A stretch of DNA of 64,000 nt from Vitrella brassicaformis CCMP3155 (Eukaryota; Protista; Chromerida): the NCBI GenBank assembly GCA_001179505.1, contig CDMY01000571.1, positions 248,001 through 312,000 of the forward strand, read 5' to 3'. Below the pieces are notes generated by a model. That model was not told the origin of the DNA. It worked only from the letters and a program-made list of their open reading frames with translations, and made no database searches. Below are positions 48,622 through 60,300 of the stretch, piece after piece. Position 1 is the first letter of the stretch, and each line of letters opens with the position of its first letter. A program made the position numbers and the translations under genes.

Positions 48622-51083
48622 TCAGATTCTGGCCACAGGCAATGCACACATCACCATGAGCTGCCCACCCCGCAGCGGCCCGTCTCCCCGCCGCAAGTTC
48701 CACTGCGCAGAGGACGCCACGCGGAACTCGCCGATGAAGAGCCCATCCATCACGCTGTGCACGTCTTGCATCATCGACCTACGGATGTGATGCAGGACAA
48801 GCTTCACCTCGCGGACGCCCCTGGCCGCGACCAGCGACGCCATGCTCGTACTCGTAAACTCGCCGGCATCGGTGTCGCTCGGCACTGCAGACACAATGCA
48901 CACGCAACGAATGATCTCTGTCTACGTGCACCCTGTCCCGGTCTCCTTACATTTGGTCCAGATCTCGAGATTCTTGACAGATGGCAGCCCCTCCGCCTGC
49001 GGCCATTTGATGGCCCCCGTGGCACTCTTCAGCTCGACATACAGTGAGTCGAGCCTCGCCTCATCGCCAATGGCCGCCAAGACGGAAGACGCCTCATCCA
49101 CAGACACACCGTCGAAGAGCAACACCCCTGCCAGCGCTGGCAGCCGCACACCTGCCTGCATGATGTGTTGCATGGCTGTGCAGGCCACACTGCCCCTGAG
49201 ATGCACCCTGGTGACGCTGGGGAAGGCGTGGCGGTTGATGAATGCCGTGTGTGCGATGATGTGGGCGGGGAGCTGTGTCGGGTTGGTCTCGTCCGTGACG
49301 ACCTTCAGAGAGGCTGCCTTTTTGAAGGTGAGGGATGCGGCGAGCTCCTCGGCCGCAGCAGATGATGCCTTGTCGCCTCCCCCGTCGTCACCGAGTTTCC
49401 ACACGACGTCCTCTGTGTGGTCGGCCAGGTCGCTGAGCGCCGTCTTGACAAATGGGGTGGTCACACGAGCGGATGCACCGAGAAGGGCCAGATCGAAGAC
49501 CGACGAAGAGCCGCTGGTGAAGTGGAATATGATGGGCGTGTCGGGCGATTTGCTGACCGCCGCGTGGAGGAACTCGAGTGCCGCGAGTTTCGGGATGATG
49601 GATGCGTCGACGTGGGTGCCGACATGCGCTTCGATGGACGTGAGGGAGTGGCATTTGCGGGCGACCAACGCATCCTTGAAACAGACCGACAGGGAATGTG
49701 AGGGTGAGGTGAGGGAGTCCGTCGCGTCATCCGTCCTTCGACTCACGTACCTTGAGTCGCATCAGGTCCTTGTCGGCTCCCTTGCCATCGATGTGCAGCT
49801 CCCCAATGCTCTCGAGCTGAGAAGCGGCACCCATGCTCTCCACTATCGCCGCTTTGTCGGCCAGGGAACATGAGGCATCCAGCCGCGTCAGTGTCGTCAG
49901 CCCCCCAACGAACCCACACAGCGCTCCACCGGAGCAGATGTGGCCGCCCGTGGAGTCCACAGCCAAACAGCGCAGCGAGGGCCACTGCCAGCCCCGCCCA
50001 GCCGCCGCCTTGGCGAGCACACGATGGCCGTATCGGATGCCGCTTATGCTCACGAGTGCTGGCAGGGATGTGGGGTGCGTCGACTTGGGTGGGAGGAGAT
50101 CCGGGGTGGGTCGCTGCTGTTCGTCGGTGAGGGCAACGTCGACGCTCTCGAAGCTGATCGACGTCAGGGTGCCTTCTCTCAGCTGCGACACCTGCAGGTG
50201 AGAGCGGGCGTGCCGCACGACCATCGCTCGTCGAGCAGCGGCATGGCCCTCGATAAGCGATATCAGGCTGGTGAGGCACCAGGCTGGTGTCTTGTTGGGG
50301 TACTTGAGGACGATCGACTCCAACCGGGTAAGCCGCTTGCCCCACAGCCAACAGAGGACGGGCTTGGCTGACAGCATGTGCCAGAATAACTGCTCGGCCT
50401 CGGTGGATGCGTCGATGGTGAGGTGGGTGTACTGCTTGCTGACGTCGGGCAGCAGGGAGCGGGGGAGGGCGGCGAGCAGGTGGAAGGGCACGAAGGAAAA
50501 GACATCCCCCAAAATGACGAGAGACTGCAAACAGATTCACAAGCAGCCACACACACACAGAGCGACAGCACATAGACAAGATCCACATCCGGTGTGTGGT
50601 TCTCTGTCTCACGTGCGATTTGGCAAATTTGGCGAATGTCTTCAGGTCAATCTCGCCATTGTTGCCAACTCGCATGGCCGGCTTACTCCTGCGTCTGGTG
50701 CTGGTGCGCCGCTTCTTATTCTGCAGGCCACAAACATCACACACAGATGGACCGACCACACGCCGCCAGTATGGGGAGCCTCAGCGTACCTCAGAGCGTA
50801 GGATCGTGCGCCCCTTACGATGCTTGGGCGGCCAGCGGCTTCGTGTCGTCGGCTGTGAAGGGACGCCGTCTCCTGAACGCCACACAGGCACATGCATCAA
50901 TGACCCAGCATTTGTTCCACGTGTGTCGGGAGGCTCACCTGCATTCACAAACGCTATGGCCTTCCTCTGCCGCCCGCACGTCGTACGTGTCACGATCTGA
51001 TAGCGGCCCTCAGTCGCCGGATCCGTGGCGCGAATGGCCGTCAGCAGCGCACTCAGCTGCGCCTCCTCACTCGCGCTGCCCAT
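48622..51083 (-). CDS. Lineage-specific protein with possible F-box-like segment and degenerate LRR-like repeats
   Basis: ATG 51083 MGSASEEAQL; exons ..LVILGDVFSFVPFHLL.. (49727-50530) and 48922-49746 with LxxLxxL repeats (LPALVSISGI, WPSLRCLAV, LTTLTRLDA, LPSVKNLEI); stop 48622. Confidence 0.75.
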
Positions 51084-51415
51084 CCCGCCACCACCGCCAG
51101 CGCCCCTGGTCGCCAGAGAGGCCCTCCCGACACTGCCAGGAACACCACGATGAGTTATGATGAAAGATGGAGAATGAAGTGTTTCCGTACCTGGCGGAAT
51201 CCCTGCGCCGGAGAGGAGGGGCGCGAGGGAAAAGAGGGGTGCCGCCAAAGGCAAAGCTCGCAGACGGATCTGGGAGGAGAAACGGCTTCGAAGGGGCTTA
51301 TTCGGAGTACCACTGGGTCAGATCTCCCTTCATGTTCGCAAAATGGATCAAAGAAGGGGAACTCATGAATGCATCTATGCGACGAATACCTGGTCTATGT
51401 GCTTCCTTCTGCAGG

Positions 51416-52588
51416 ATGAGGCCTTCGGTATCGGGATCTACCTCACTCATGCTGCTGGCATTGAGCTTTTCTGACGCTTTCACCACTCCCAAGCTCACAC
51501 CATCTCGCCTGCCATTCACTTGGCGAACACGCCCGCCAGCCGGGCTGCTCAGCCCGGGCCGCTCTTCAGTTCTGTACACGCAGCAGCAGCAGCAGCAGCA
51601 GCAACAGCAACAGGCGTCGGCGTCGGTCATGCCGTCCAAGCGGCAGCCCAGGAAGAGGTCAATGAAAGGCTTCTACGTCCGGCCATCGAAGGCGCTTGAA
51701 GTGGGAGGCGGATTCTTCGTCCCTGGTACGCACACACAGGGCAGGACAGGGCAGGAGGGCAGAAGAAAGATACGCCCAGCTGGATTGGCGAATGTCGATC
51801 TTGTCCTGTGTGCCCACGATGTGTCAGGTTTGGAGGGTTGGAGGCTGCCTGTGGCTGGAGGGTTGTTCTTCGCCGTGTGTTTGGCTGTCAACCACCTTGC
51901 CAGTCTGGAGGTGGCCATTGGCCAGACCATCACCGAGGCCATCGGTGCCATTGCCGTCCTGACGCTCATCCTACAGGGCCTCTTCCGCCGACAGCTGGAC
52001 ATGGCCGCCAAGTCGGGGGAGCTGTTTGCGGATGTGCTGGAGAGACAGCGAGTGGCTTTTGTTGACGAACAGTTTGAGCGCGACTATGTGGAGAGCGACG
52101 CCTTTGAGTCGGTGGGGTGGATGGTGGAGACCCTGCTCAATATCATGGGTGCCACGGCTGTCGTGCTGGCAAGCCGCGAGAACGGTGCAGACGGGGGCGG
52201 TGGGCTGCAGGTGGTGCTGCGTGCTGGCGACTACACGGCTGACGAGAACGCTGCCGTGATGGACGAGAATGCTGTGCTATGGGATGATGGGCAGAAACAG
52301 CAGAGCGGTGATGGTGGGCCTTGTCGGAGTGTGCGAGTGGTCGAGAGGCACAGGGTGAGGGGCGGCAGTGAGGCGGCCAGTGTGGTGTCGCTCTTTCCCG
52401 CCAACACCAAGAGCATAGCGGTGTTTGAGCTGCCCTTCTTATCATCACAGGGGCAGACGGGCGGTGCACTGTCTGAGTGGTGTCTGTTTGCTGGGCTGCG
52501 AAGTGGGCCGTCGAGTGTGTCGGCGGACGATGCATACTGGCTTGACAAAATACAGACATTCGCAACGGTGCAGACCAACTTGACGTGA
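51416..52588 (+). CDS. Plastid-targeted cofactor assembly of complex C subunit B (CCB2/CCB4-family) protein, cytochrome b6f heme ci biogenesis
   Basis: Signal peptide ending SDA-F followed by a Ser/Thr/Arg-rich transit region (bipartite leader); FFVPG|LEGWRLPVAGGLFFAVCLAVNH resembles CCB2 IPGLDE..LLNH; one intron at 51729-51828. Confidence 0.7.
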   Translation: MRPSVSGSTSLMLLALSFSDAFTTPKLTPSRLPFTWRTRPPAGLLSPGRSSVLYTQQQQQQQQQQQASASVMPSKRQPRKRSMKGFYVRPSKALEVGGGFFVPGTHTQGRTGQEGRRKIRPAGLANVDLVLCAHDVSGLEGWRLPVAGGLFFAVCLAVNHLASLEVAIGQTITEAIGAIAVLTLILQGLFRRQLDMAAKSGELFADVLERQRVAFVDEQFERDYVESDAFESVGWMVETLLNIMGATAVVLASRENGADGGGGLQVVLRAGDYTADENAAVMDENAVLWDDGQKQQSGDGGPCRSVRVVERHRVRGGSEAASVVSLFPANTKSIAVFELPFLSSQGQTGGALSEWCLFAGLRSGPSSVSADDAYWLDKIQTFATVQTNLT

Positions 52589-52902
52589 ATGGCCATGGAT
52601 GGCGCCGGTAGCCGGTGCTGATGTCTGTGCGTTCTGTGAGGTCAGTCGGTTGTGTTTGTGTTGATGCTGGATGCGTGTTAGAGAGGAGGGGATGTAGGTG
52701 TGAAAGAAGGGCACGTGTGTGTCATGACGATTGATCCATAGCGTTTGAAACATCGTGTACAGTGTGTCTCTGTCGGAGTCTCATGAATGCAATCATTACA
52801 AAGGAACCAACTTGTGTCGGTCATTCGTTACAAAAGAACGTGTGTGTCCCCTCTCTACTTTAGTTAGTCATCGCACCGCTTGTCTTTGTCAGCACTCTTG
52901 AG

Positions 52903-54167
52903 CTACTTCTCCTTCACGTCCGCCTCTGACACACACACATACACACAAGGGGTGGGCGCCCACACCCAACACCAATACATACTGCATACTCTGCTCACTT
53001 ACCCATCCAGTATTCGGCGATTTTTCTATCCTTGGCATCGTCGTTGGCCTTCGTCACGTTCATCTGCACACACAGAGAGACACAGACGTGCTCACGCCAT
53101 GTCAGACGCTTCCTTTGCTCACCCAGTATTGTTGCTTGCTGATCTTGTTCTCGACGGGGCTCCCGTGCAGCTTCAGGATCTGGGAGATGGTCTGCTCCGT
53201 CTTGTCCCCTCGGTCTATCTTGAGCAGCATCAGGTTCAGCTCCTCCACGTTCTTGACCTTGATGCCCTGCCCTCCACCTACGGCGCCCGTGACGAGCTGG
53301 CGCACATTTTGCTGCACACACATACGGACGGACAGAGAGACAGAGGGAGAGCACATTGAATGATCCCTCCCCGTCTGTGTGCATGTCCCATATATCAGTC
53401 AGCGCACGCGAATGGCCCCGCCTGGCATCTCCCACAGCGCCACGTGGTGGTCTGCCCAGCAAACATTGCATACAATGCAGTGTGATGCGTGGGGCAACAC
53501 ACGCGTCTGTGCTGCTGTCTTCTCGCTCATCTGCTCGTGTGTGAGCTTCCTTCGTACCACTGATGTCGGTCTCCCGCAGGATCTTGGCCTTCTCAGGTAT
53601 CTCCTCCTCCTCAGGGGCCCAGTCGGGATCGTCGCGGGCGGAGCGGGCCCTGCCCTTGCCGGGACTGCCGGCGCGGCTGCCCTTGGACGGGCTGCGATGG
53701 GCCCCCCCCTCTCTACCTTCTCCTTCTCCTTCTCCTCCTGCTCCTTCTTCTTGTCGTCACCTTCGTCATCGTAGTCCTCTACAGCGGCACCGAAAGCCGC
53801 AGCCGCAGCAGCCCGGCCCGACCCCTGCCTCAGTGGGCCTGAGACACACAGACAACATCATGATGCATGTCGGTGCAGGGCGGGATCATGCAGCGCCTGC
53901 ATGTACCTTCGGGCAGCCCCACGGGTGGCGAGTTCTCCCTCGTCATGAACGCCCCTGACGTGACTGCAAACAGCAAAAGGCACGTGCAGGCAGGTTACAT
54001 GCCCATGCATGAATGTACTCATGGATAAATCCACCGCAAATCGGCTCACCGTTGGCGCTCTTGGATCTCATCTTGGCCGACGCTCTTTCCTCCCTCCTCG
54101 CCAACTCCCTTCTGGCATTCATCTTCGACTGCAGAGAGCGTTTCTTAACGCGCGGCGGATCCTCCAT
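52903..54167 (-). CDS. Multi-exon hypothetical protein, charged
   Basis: MEDPPRVKKRSLQSKMNARREL; exons EDYDDEGDDKKKEQEEKE, GIKVKNVEELNLMLLKIDRG, MNVTKANDDAKDRKIAEYWM|EADVKEK*. Confidence 0.65.
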
Positions 54168-54276
54168 CTCTACACCACCACCGCCGCGTTTCCCTTTCTG
54201 ATGCGAGCTTCTCGTCTCGCATGTTCACAGAATTTTACAGCTTTCCAAGTGTTGTTGAGCTCCCCGTTGTTCCAAT

Positions 54277-55813
54277 ATGAGTCAGTGTGCGGGTGCTGCC
54301 GGCACCGCGCGTCAGCGAGGGCTTTTGAGGAGTCAGGCTGGGATACGCCCTGGTGCTGGGGGAAAGGGTGGGGCGGCAGGGAGGGCGCGCAAACCGCCAG
54401 AAGGTTCCTCAGGAGGGCATTCCGGTGACGCCCATGTGGTGGAGGGGAGGCGGAACAAGTGCTGCATATGCCAGGAGGCGAGAGACGATACCGATAAGGT
54501 GCGTGAGACCAACTGATGCTGTGTTGAGGAGTCCCTGCATCCTTTGTCTTGTGTGCAGGGCATACTCTCCTGTGGGCATGAATTTTGCTTTGATTGCATT
54601 GCGCAAGTAAGCACAGACACTTAAGGGCAGAGAGAACCTGATCAATCCCGTAGCGCATGCATGAATGTGTCGGTGTCTTGTTTCCGTTTCCATTTCCAGG
54701 CTTTTATCGCTCGCACCAAGGCCGGCCATGCGTGCCAGTGCCCGCTCTGCCACCAGAGCAAAGTCAGCCCCATCGTCACGCGCGAGACTCTCGTCCGCAC
54801 GACGAGGTCCAGGAAGCGCAAGGCCCAGGACATCTCCGAGGAGGAGGGCGACCCTTCCTCATCGGAGGGGTATGCTGTGCGCGTCGAGGACAAGTTGTAA
54901 GCCGCATGCACGGAAAGAAAGGAGTCTTGCTCACACACAGCACTACTCATTGCATGCTGTCATGCTGTCTGTCTGTGGTATTGACCATCGATTGCAGCGA
55001 GGTCCGTGTGAATGAGGACGGCGTTGAGGAGGTGTGGCGGATCTCCAAACAGGACCTCTCACACAAGTATGTACACGCGGACGCACTCACCTGCAGACAG
55101 CGCACAGCACATCCCCGGTGTGTGTCCATCCATCTCTTTCTGTGCAGAGGTTTCAGAGGGCCGATGAAGGGCGGGGAGATGTGGCCGCCGGCCGATTTTG
55201 ATGTGGATCAGTTTATGGAGGTCATGTCGGACGCGGACATCGACTACGTCACTCGCAAGGCCGTGTCAGTGCACCACAAGTGGACGGAGGACTCTCAGAT
55301 GAGAAAGTTTCGCCGACTGCAGACCGGTACAGAAGAGTGACGGCAGACACTCGGAGTAAACGACCCCTGCCCATCCCATCTTGTGTGTGTGTGCACGTGT
55401 GTAATGCTTCTCAGTTATGGATACGCTGACTGCGCAGAAGGAGTACTGTGAGGTGGAGAGGATCAAGGAGATGATCGACTGGCCAGGTAAACGACGCGGG
55501 GGATGTCCGCCATATCTCTGTCTCTGCCTCTCTCTCTGTGCATTGATCAACAGAGCCCGGCGTAGGGGCGTGGAACAGGACGCACCATCGTGGGCACATC
55601 GACGGCGCGCTGACTCAGCAGTGGGTCCGCGAGGGCAAGCACAAGCACTTCCACAAAGATTTCTACGACCGCTCCCACTGGACAGCCTATCAGTTCATGG
55701 ACGCCGAGCTGCTATGCGACCAGCAGCAGACGCGCCGGCTGAAGCGCTCCACAAGGGACCTGCTCTACCAACACGATGTCAACTGTGTCCTCACCTCAGC
55801 CTGGCGACCATAG
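54277..55813 (+). CDS. C3HC4 RING-finger protein with unknown C-terminal domain
   Basis: CICQEARDDTDK|GILSCGHEFCFDC..CPLC; later phase-consistent exons to QT|VMDTLTAQKEYC and EPGVGAWNRTHH..TSAWRP*. The last exon is not in the supplied ORF track. Confidence 0.75.
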
Positions 55814-57396
55814 CCTGCCTGGTTGCCATGTCTCGCCGCTTCCTTCGTCGTCCATGTCTCGTTCATCCGCGTCTGTTTGATGTCTGTCGGCCTGCCTGGA
55901 CCCTCTCTCTCGTCTTTCTTCTGTTCCCTATCGTGGCTAGCTATCGGATCCCATCGATCGCAGCTCCAACCGTTCACCCATGCCCATCGCCCGCAGTCCC
56001 TCCCTCCCTCCATCTCGCCTCGCCCCTCCCCAGCCGCCCTGAGTCACCTCTGCCCAACCCAGCAAACGCGGCCAACAGTCGCTGAACCCTCCATCGTCTT
56101 AGATGGGCGCCCTTTCATCTATCGTCATCTGCTTATCACAAGGGCACCAGAGTGCTGGCTACGTACTGGCTGAGTCGACCTTTGCGGTGCGGCCGCCTGA
56201 CTGATCCACTCGTCTGTCTACGCCATCCCAATGGGCCGCCCGGACTTTGGCTGACGACGTCCACACCCCTCAGCGACTCGTCGCCGCAGCAGACCAAAAC
56301 AAGCCATCCACCGCCCTCTATGTATCGATATGGATTGCCTGCTATCGTCTGTCCGGTGTTTGTGGTCCGTAGCCAGCACAGTGCCCCATTCAGAAGCCGG
56401 CCCCTTGCTTATGGCGTCGATCGTGCCCTACGTCTCTCGCTGCCAAGGCGAGCACAAAGCAGACATCAGAGGGCGAGCACTCGACGGCTGTTCTCAGAAG
56501 ATCCCTGTCGCGATCCAACCAACGCCCAAACCAACAGGGCAGCGGCGTCGATTCTTCATCAAGTCGGTCCAGAGGCGGCACATCCATCTGCGTCTCGTCC
56601 ATCCGCCTGACGGCAAGTCTTATGACGGCTCGCGACGTCCATCGACAGCCAAGCCGGCCCAGGCGCAGCAGGGCACAGCCGCCAAGCAATCCGTCTGAGG
56701 GCCCATGTGCGCGTGTGAAGCCGAGCGGCGTGTCGCGCCGAGGGCGTGTGATAGAGCATCTGCTCGGGGACCTCTTTTGGCTCTTCTTATGTCTCGTCTC
56801 ATCTGCTGACTGCATCCCCCCCACCCCCACCCCCGCAAGCAGCATGATGGTATGGCCCACCGGCTGAGAGACAAGAGAGGACTCGAGGGAGTGTCAGGGA
56901 AGGAGCCACCGAGTGGGATGCGCACGAGAGGGACGAGGGGGGCGGGCAGGGAGAAGTGGCGATAGTCGGACAAGTCATTTGCGGCAGATTGATAGCATTC
57001 ATCAGTGGTCTTGCTAGAGAGGCTGATAGGTTGCAGGTTGACGCGTACATGTATATGTGTGTGTATGACACAAACCCGATATGGTACCTTCGTGTGTGAA
57101 TGTATGAGATACATTGACGTGTGAAGGTGATCGATCAATCGTTCATGGCCACCGGCGTGAGGCTTTTGCATGTCATAAATGGCGTGGGTAGCCATGCAGG
57201 GTGGTGTCTCCGATGCTGTATGTGTACCCAGCTCATGAGAGAGTGACAAGCGTGTCCGCTGACTGATAAAACAGACCAGCCCCATTCACCCACCGACAAA
57301 GTGACTAACAGGTGTGGTTGAAAAAGTGACAAACCACTAAGAAAACACCACCATGCATCTATCTATCTATGTGTCTCCCTCGCCGCCACCCGCATC

Positions 57397-60300
57397 TCAA
57401 GAAGCGAGTATGCTGGCTACCTCGTGGTAGGCTCTCTTGGGCTTGTAGTCGCGCGTGAACAGCAGAGGGTGGTCGCCGCTGATCAACAGAAGCCAGCGAC
57501 ACAATGCACGGTTGCGAGGTGAATGTTCAACGCTCGATTCATCCTCACCGCAGCCATGTCGCTCTGTCGGTGAAGCCCCACAGGACGAAGCCCACACAAT
57601 TGGGCTCCTCCAGGCAAATCTTCAGCAGAGAGCCGTACACCATCGCCTGACAGACAGAGACACACCACAGGGGTGCAACGAATGTCCCCTCCCGTCTTGC
57701 TGTCAGTTCACCTGAATGTACTGTAACTCTGGGGTGAAGGTCGCGCACGGCGCCCACTTCCCGTCCTCCCAGGAGCCACAGGGCACATCAACTTCGGTGA
57801 AGCACACCTCCACACCTATTGCAGCATACCTGAATGGGCATTACCCACACATACACACACACTTTGGCTACAGAGTGGTGTGGGCCAATGTGGATTACCT
57901 CCGTATGTTCTCTCGGACGCCGTCAAAGTCAGCAAAGGCTGTGGTGATGTGCGTCTGGAATCCGACGCCATGCACAGTGAATGATCGCTGCAGAAGCCCC
58001 AATATCATGCCGTAAACAGCAGCGCTCTGAGACAAGAAAGAGACGGACGGCAGATACGTGCGGTGCTCATTCATATGTCTCATCTTGCCTTTCTGCCTCG
58101 GCGCGAATGGGGTGTGGCTGTGAGGATACTGTAGTCGTTGTAGTACATGCGGGCCTTGTTTCCGGGCCGCGCCTTCTGCACCATGGCTGCTGTGCGGAAG
58201 GATATCTCCACCCAATCTGGGACTTTCGACAGCCAGCTCTGCCGCCACTTGGGGTTGCTGACTGGATCTGCGGTGGGCTGATCATCATCCACAGCTGCAG
58301 ACAGACACACAGAAGGGGCCAAAGGGGTGTGCGGCGGCATGTCTCGTTCTTGCCTTCGTTGGCCACGTCAAAATGAAGCATGTGCGGCATGTCGATATAA
58401 TGCTCCATCACCCCCTCCACCTAATGGGCAAAGGATGATTGCAGAAAGTACCTTTCGATTGGCATGATGCGCTTCTTGCCTGCTTGATGATGATGTCTCG
58501 AAGTTCCTCCTTTTTGGTCTTGAAGATCCATCCAGGGACCCCGGAGTACCTGCGCACATGGAACGACAAAAAAAAAGTGGGCTCTTCTTTGTGCAGCGCC
58601 CTCTTATGTCTCACCAGACAGCAGCGTGGAATCGCATCATTTGCCCGTTGGTCTTGGCGAGGTCCGCCATCTTGTCGCAAGATGCGAAGTTAAACTTGGT
58701 GGCAGTGGGACGGATCCACGACATCTTGCACTCGTTCTCGGCAACTAACGAATTGAACCTGATGTGTAAGCAGGCAGATTAGAGGAGTAAGGGCATCACT
58801 TGTCGCTGGCTTACTCTCTCGCAAGGACGTCTCTGTAAGTTTGGCCACCGACGAACCAGTTTGAAGCGGCTGCACCGATGTAGAGCTTCTTCTTGTCAGC
58901 CAGTGCGCGCAATGAGCCTGCAGGAGAGTCCAGAGATACGCCATCGGAACGCTCTGTTTTGAGGTACCTGCCTCGCCCTGCACAGAGGGCGCTGCGAAGC
59001 CACGCAGTCTGAAGTCGACTGAAGAAGTGGGTGCGTATACACGGCCTGATGATGACAAAACAGACAGAGTATGTGTGGACCAGCCACTTTGCTATCCGTC
59101 GGCTGGCTTACGGTCGAAATGGCAGGGCGGTCTCATGGTGTCTTCGCAGGTCTTGGTGAAGTCAGTGACGATCTTGTCTCCACAGCAGTTGGGCCGTCCG
59201 CCTGGACGATTCTCGCATCCGACGCCCCCACATGTGCCACAGTATGCCGGGCAACACGCATCATTGGCACTGCACAGACCATCCCATAATGGCAGCTTTG
59301 TGTAGTGTGTCTAATCATCTCCTTACGCGTCATATGTTCCGCCGAGCTGTCTGGTGCAGAAGGACGCGTGGCTCGTGACAGGGTATGTGAGAAGAAGGCT
59401 GGGAGTCAGGTTGCACGGCGCCGTGTGCAGCCCGCACTGACGATCTGTCTTCTTGATGGCGTTGGCGCAGCAGTTCTGAGGCCCAACTGACAAAAGAAAC
59501 GAGGCCTGAGACATGGAGCAATCCATCCCTGTGCTTTACGTGGCAGTTTGTGGCATTCGGCGCCGCCGCATCGAGTGCATTCCTTCGGGCAGCACACAGG
59601 GCCGTTGTCGTTCCAGTAGCCGTTCACCTTGTCGCACAGAAAGTGGCCCTCACTCTCACTCAGCGGAGACATATCTGTGCAGACATTGTGGGGTATATGA
59701 TGGGGAATTTTTTGATGGTCTCACGTACCCTCAGCGCAGTACTTAGGCCCCGACACGACGGGCCCTGGCACAGCGGTCTTGCCGCCAGCTGCTGCGGCTC
59801 CCTTGAGAAGGCAGTTGGCGGGCGGCCAGGTGAATGCCTGCCAAGACCAAAAGTAGCACTCCGGCTCTGCCTGACAATGCCTCTGGCACTGCTGGGGAGA
59901 GACACTCTGGGGCACTGCATAGATGTCGCTGCCTTTGTACTCGGTCCTCTCGTGAAAGCAACCTGGCGACACAAAATGGTGATGTGGCCATGTTTTCCGC
60001 GTCCTGTGTGTATTTGTGTGCTGACCAGCAGCTTGTCCGCATAGCAAGTCGCCCGATATGGTTGCTCCAGGAGACCACTTTCGCTCGCCAGGCATCCAAG
60101 ACTGCAACGCCATCCAGGGTCTGCTGAAAAGCTGTGTGCGCTTGGGTAACTTACCTTGAGGTAGCACTCATTTGTTTTCGTCTGAAAGGAGTAGAACTTG
60201 CACATGGCCGTGCGGTGACAGGCCAGGTGACACATCTCGGCAGAGGAAACCTCAAGCGGCTTCGGCTGGAGGTCGTTGCCGGGGTAGTCAAAGTTTCCCT

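Noticed and set aside
54990-55200. Chromodomain-like segment (EVRVNEDGVEEVWRISKQ) in the RING gene
   Set aside because: The aromatic-cage residues and the KW.G..W motif are not convincingly present.
55900-57300. Possible extra gene (ORFs 56330-56698 plus, 56620-57285 minus)
   Set aside because: No recognisable motifs and no consistent exon chain could be built.
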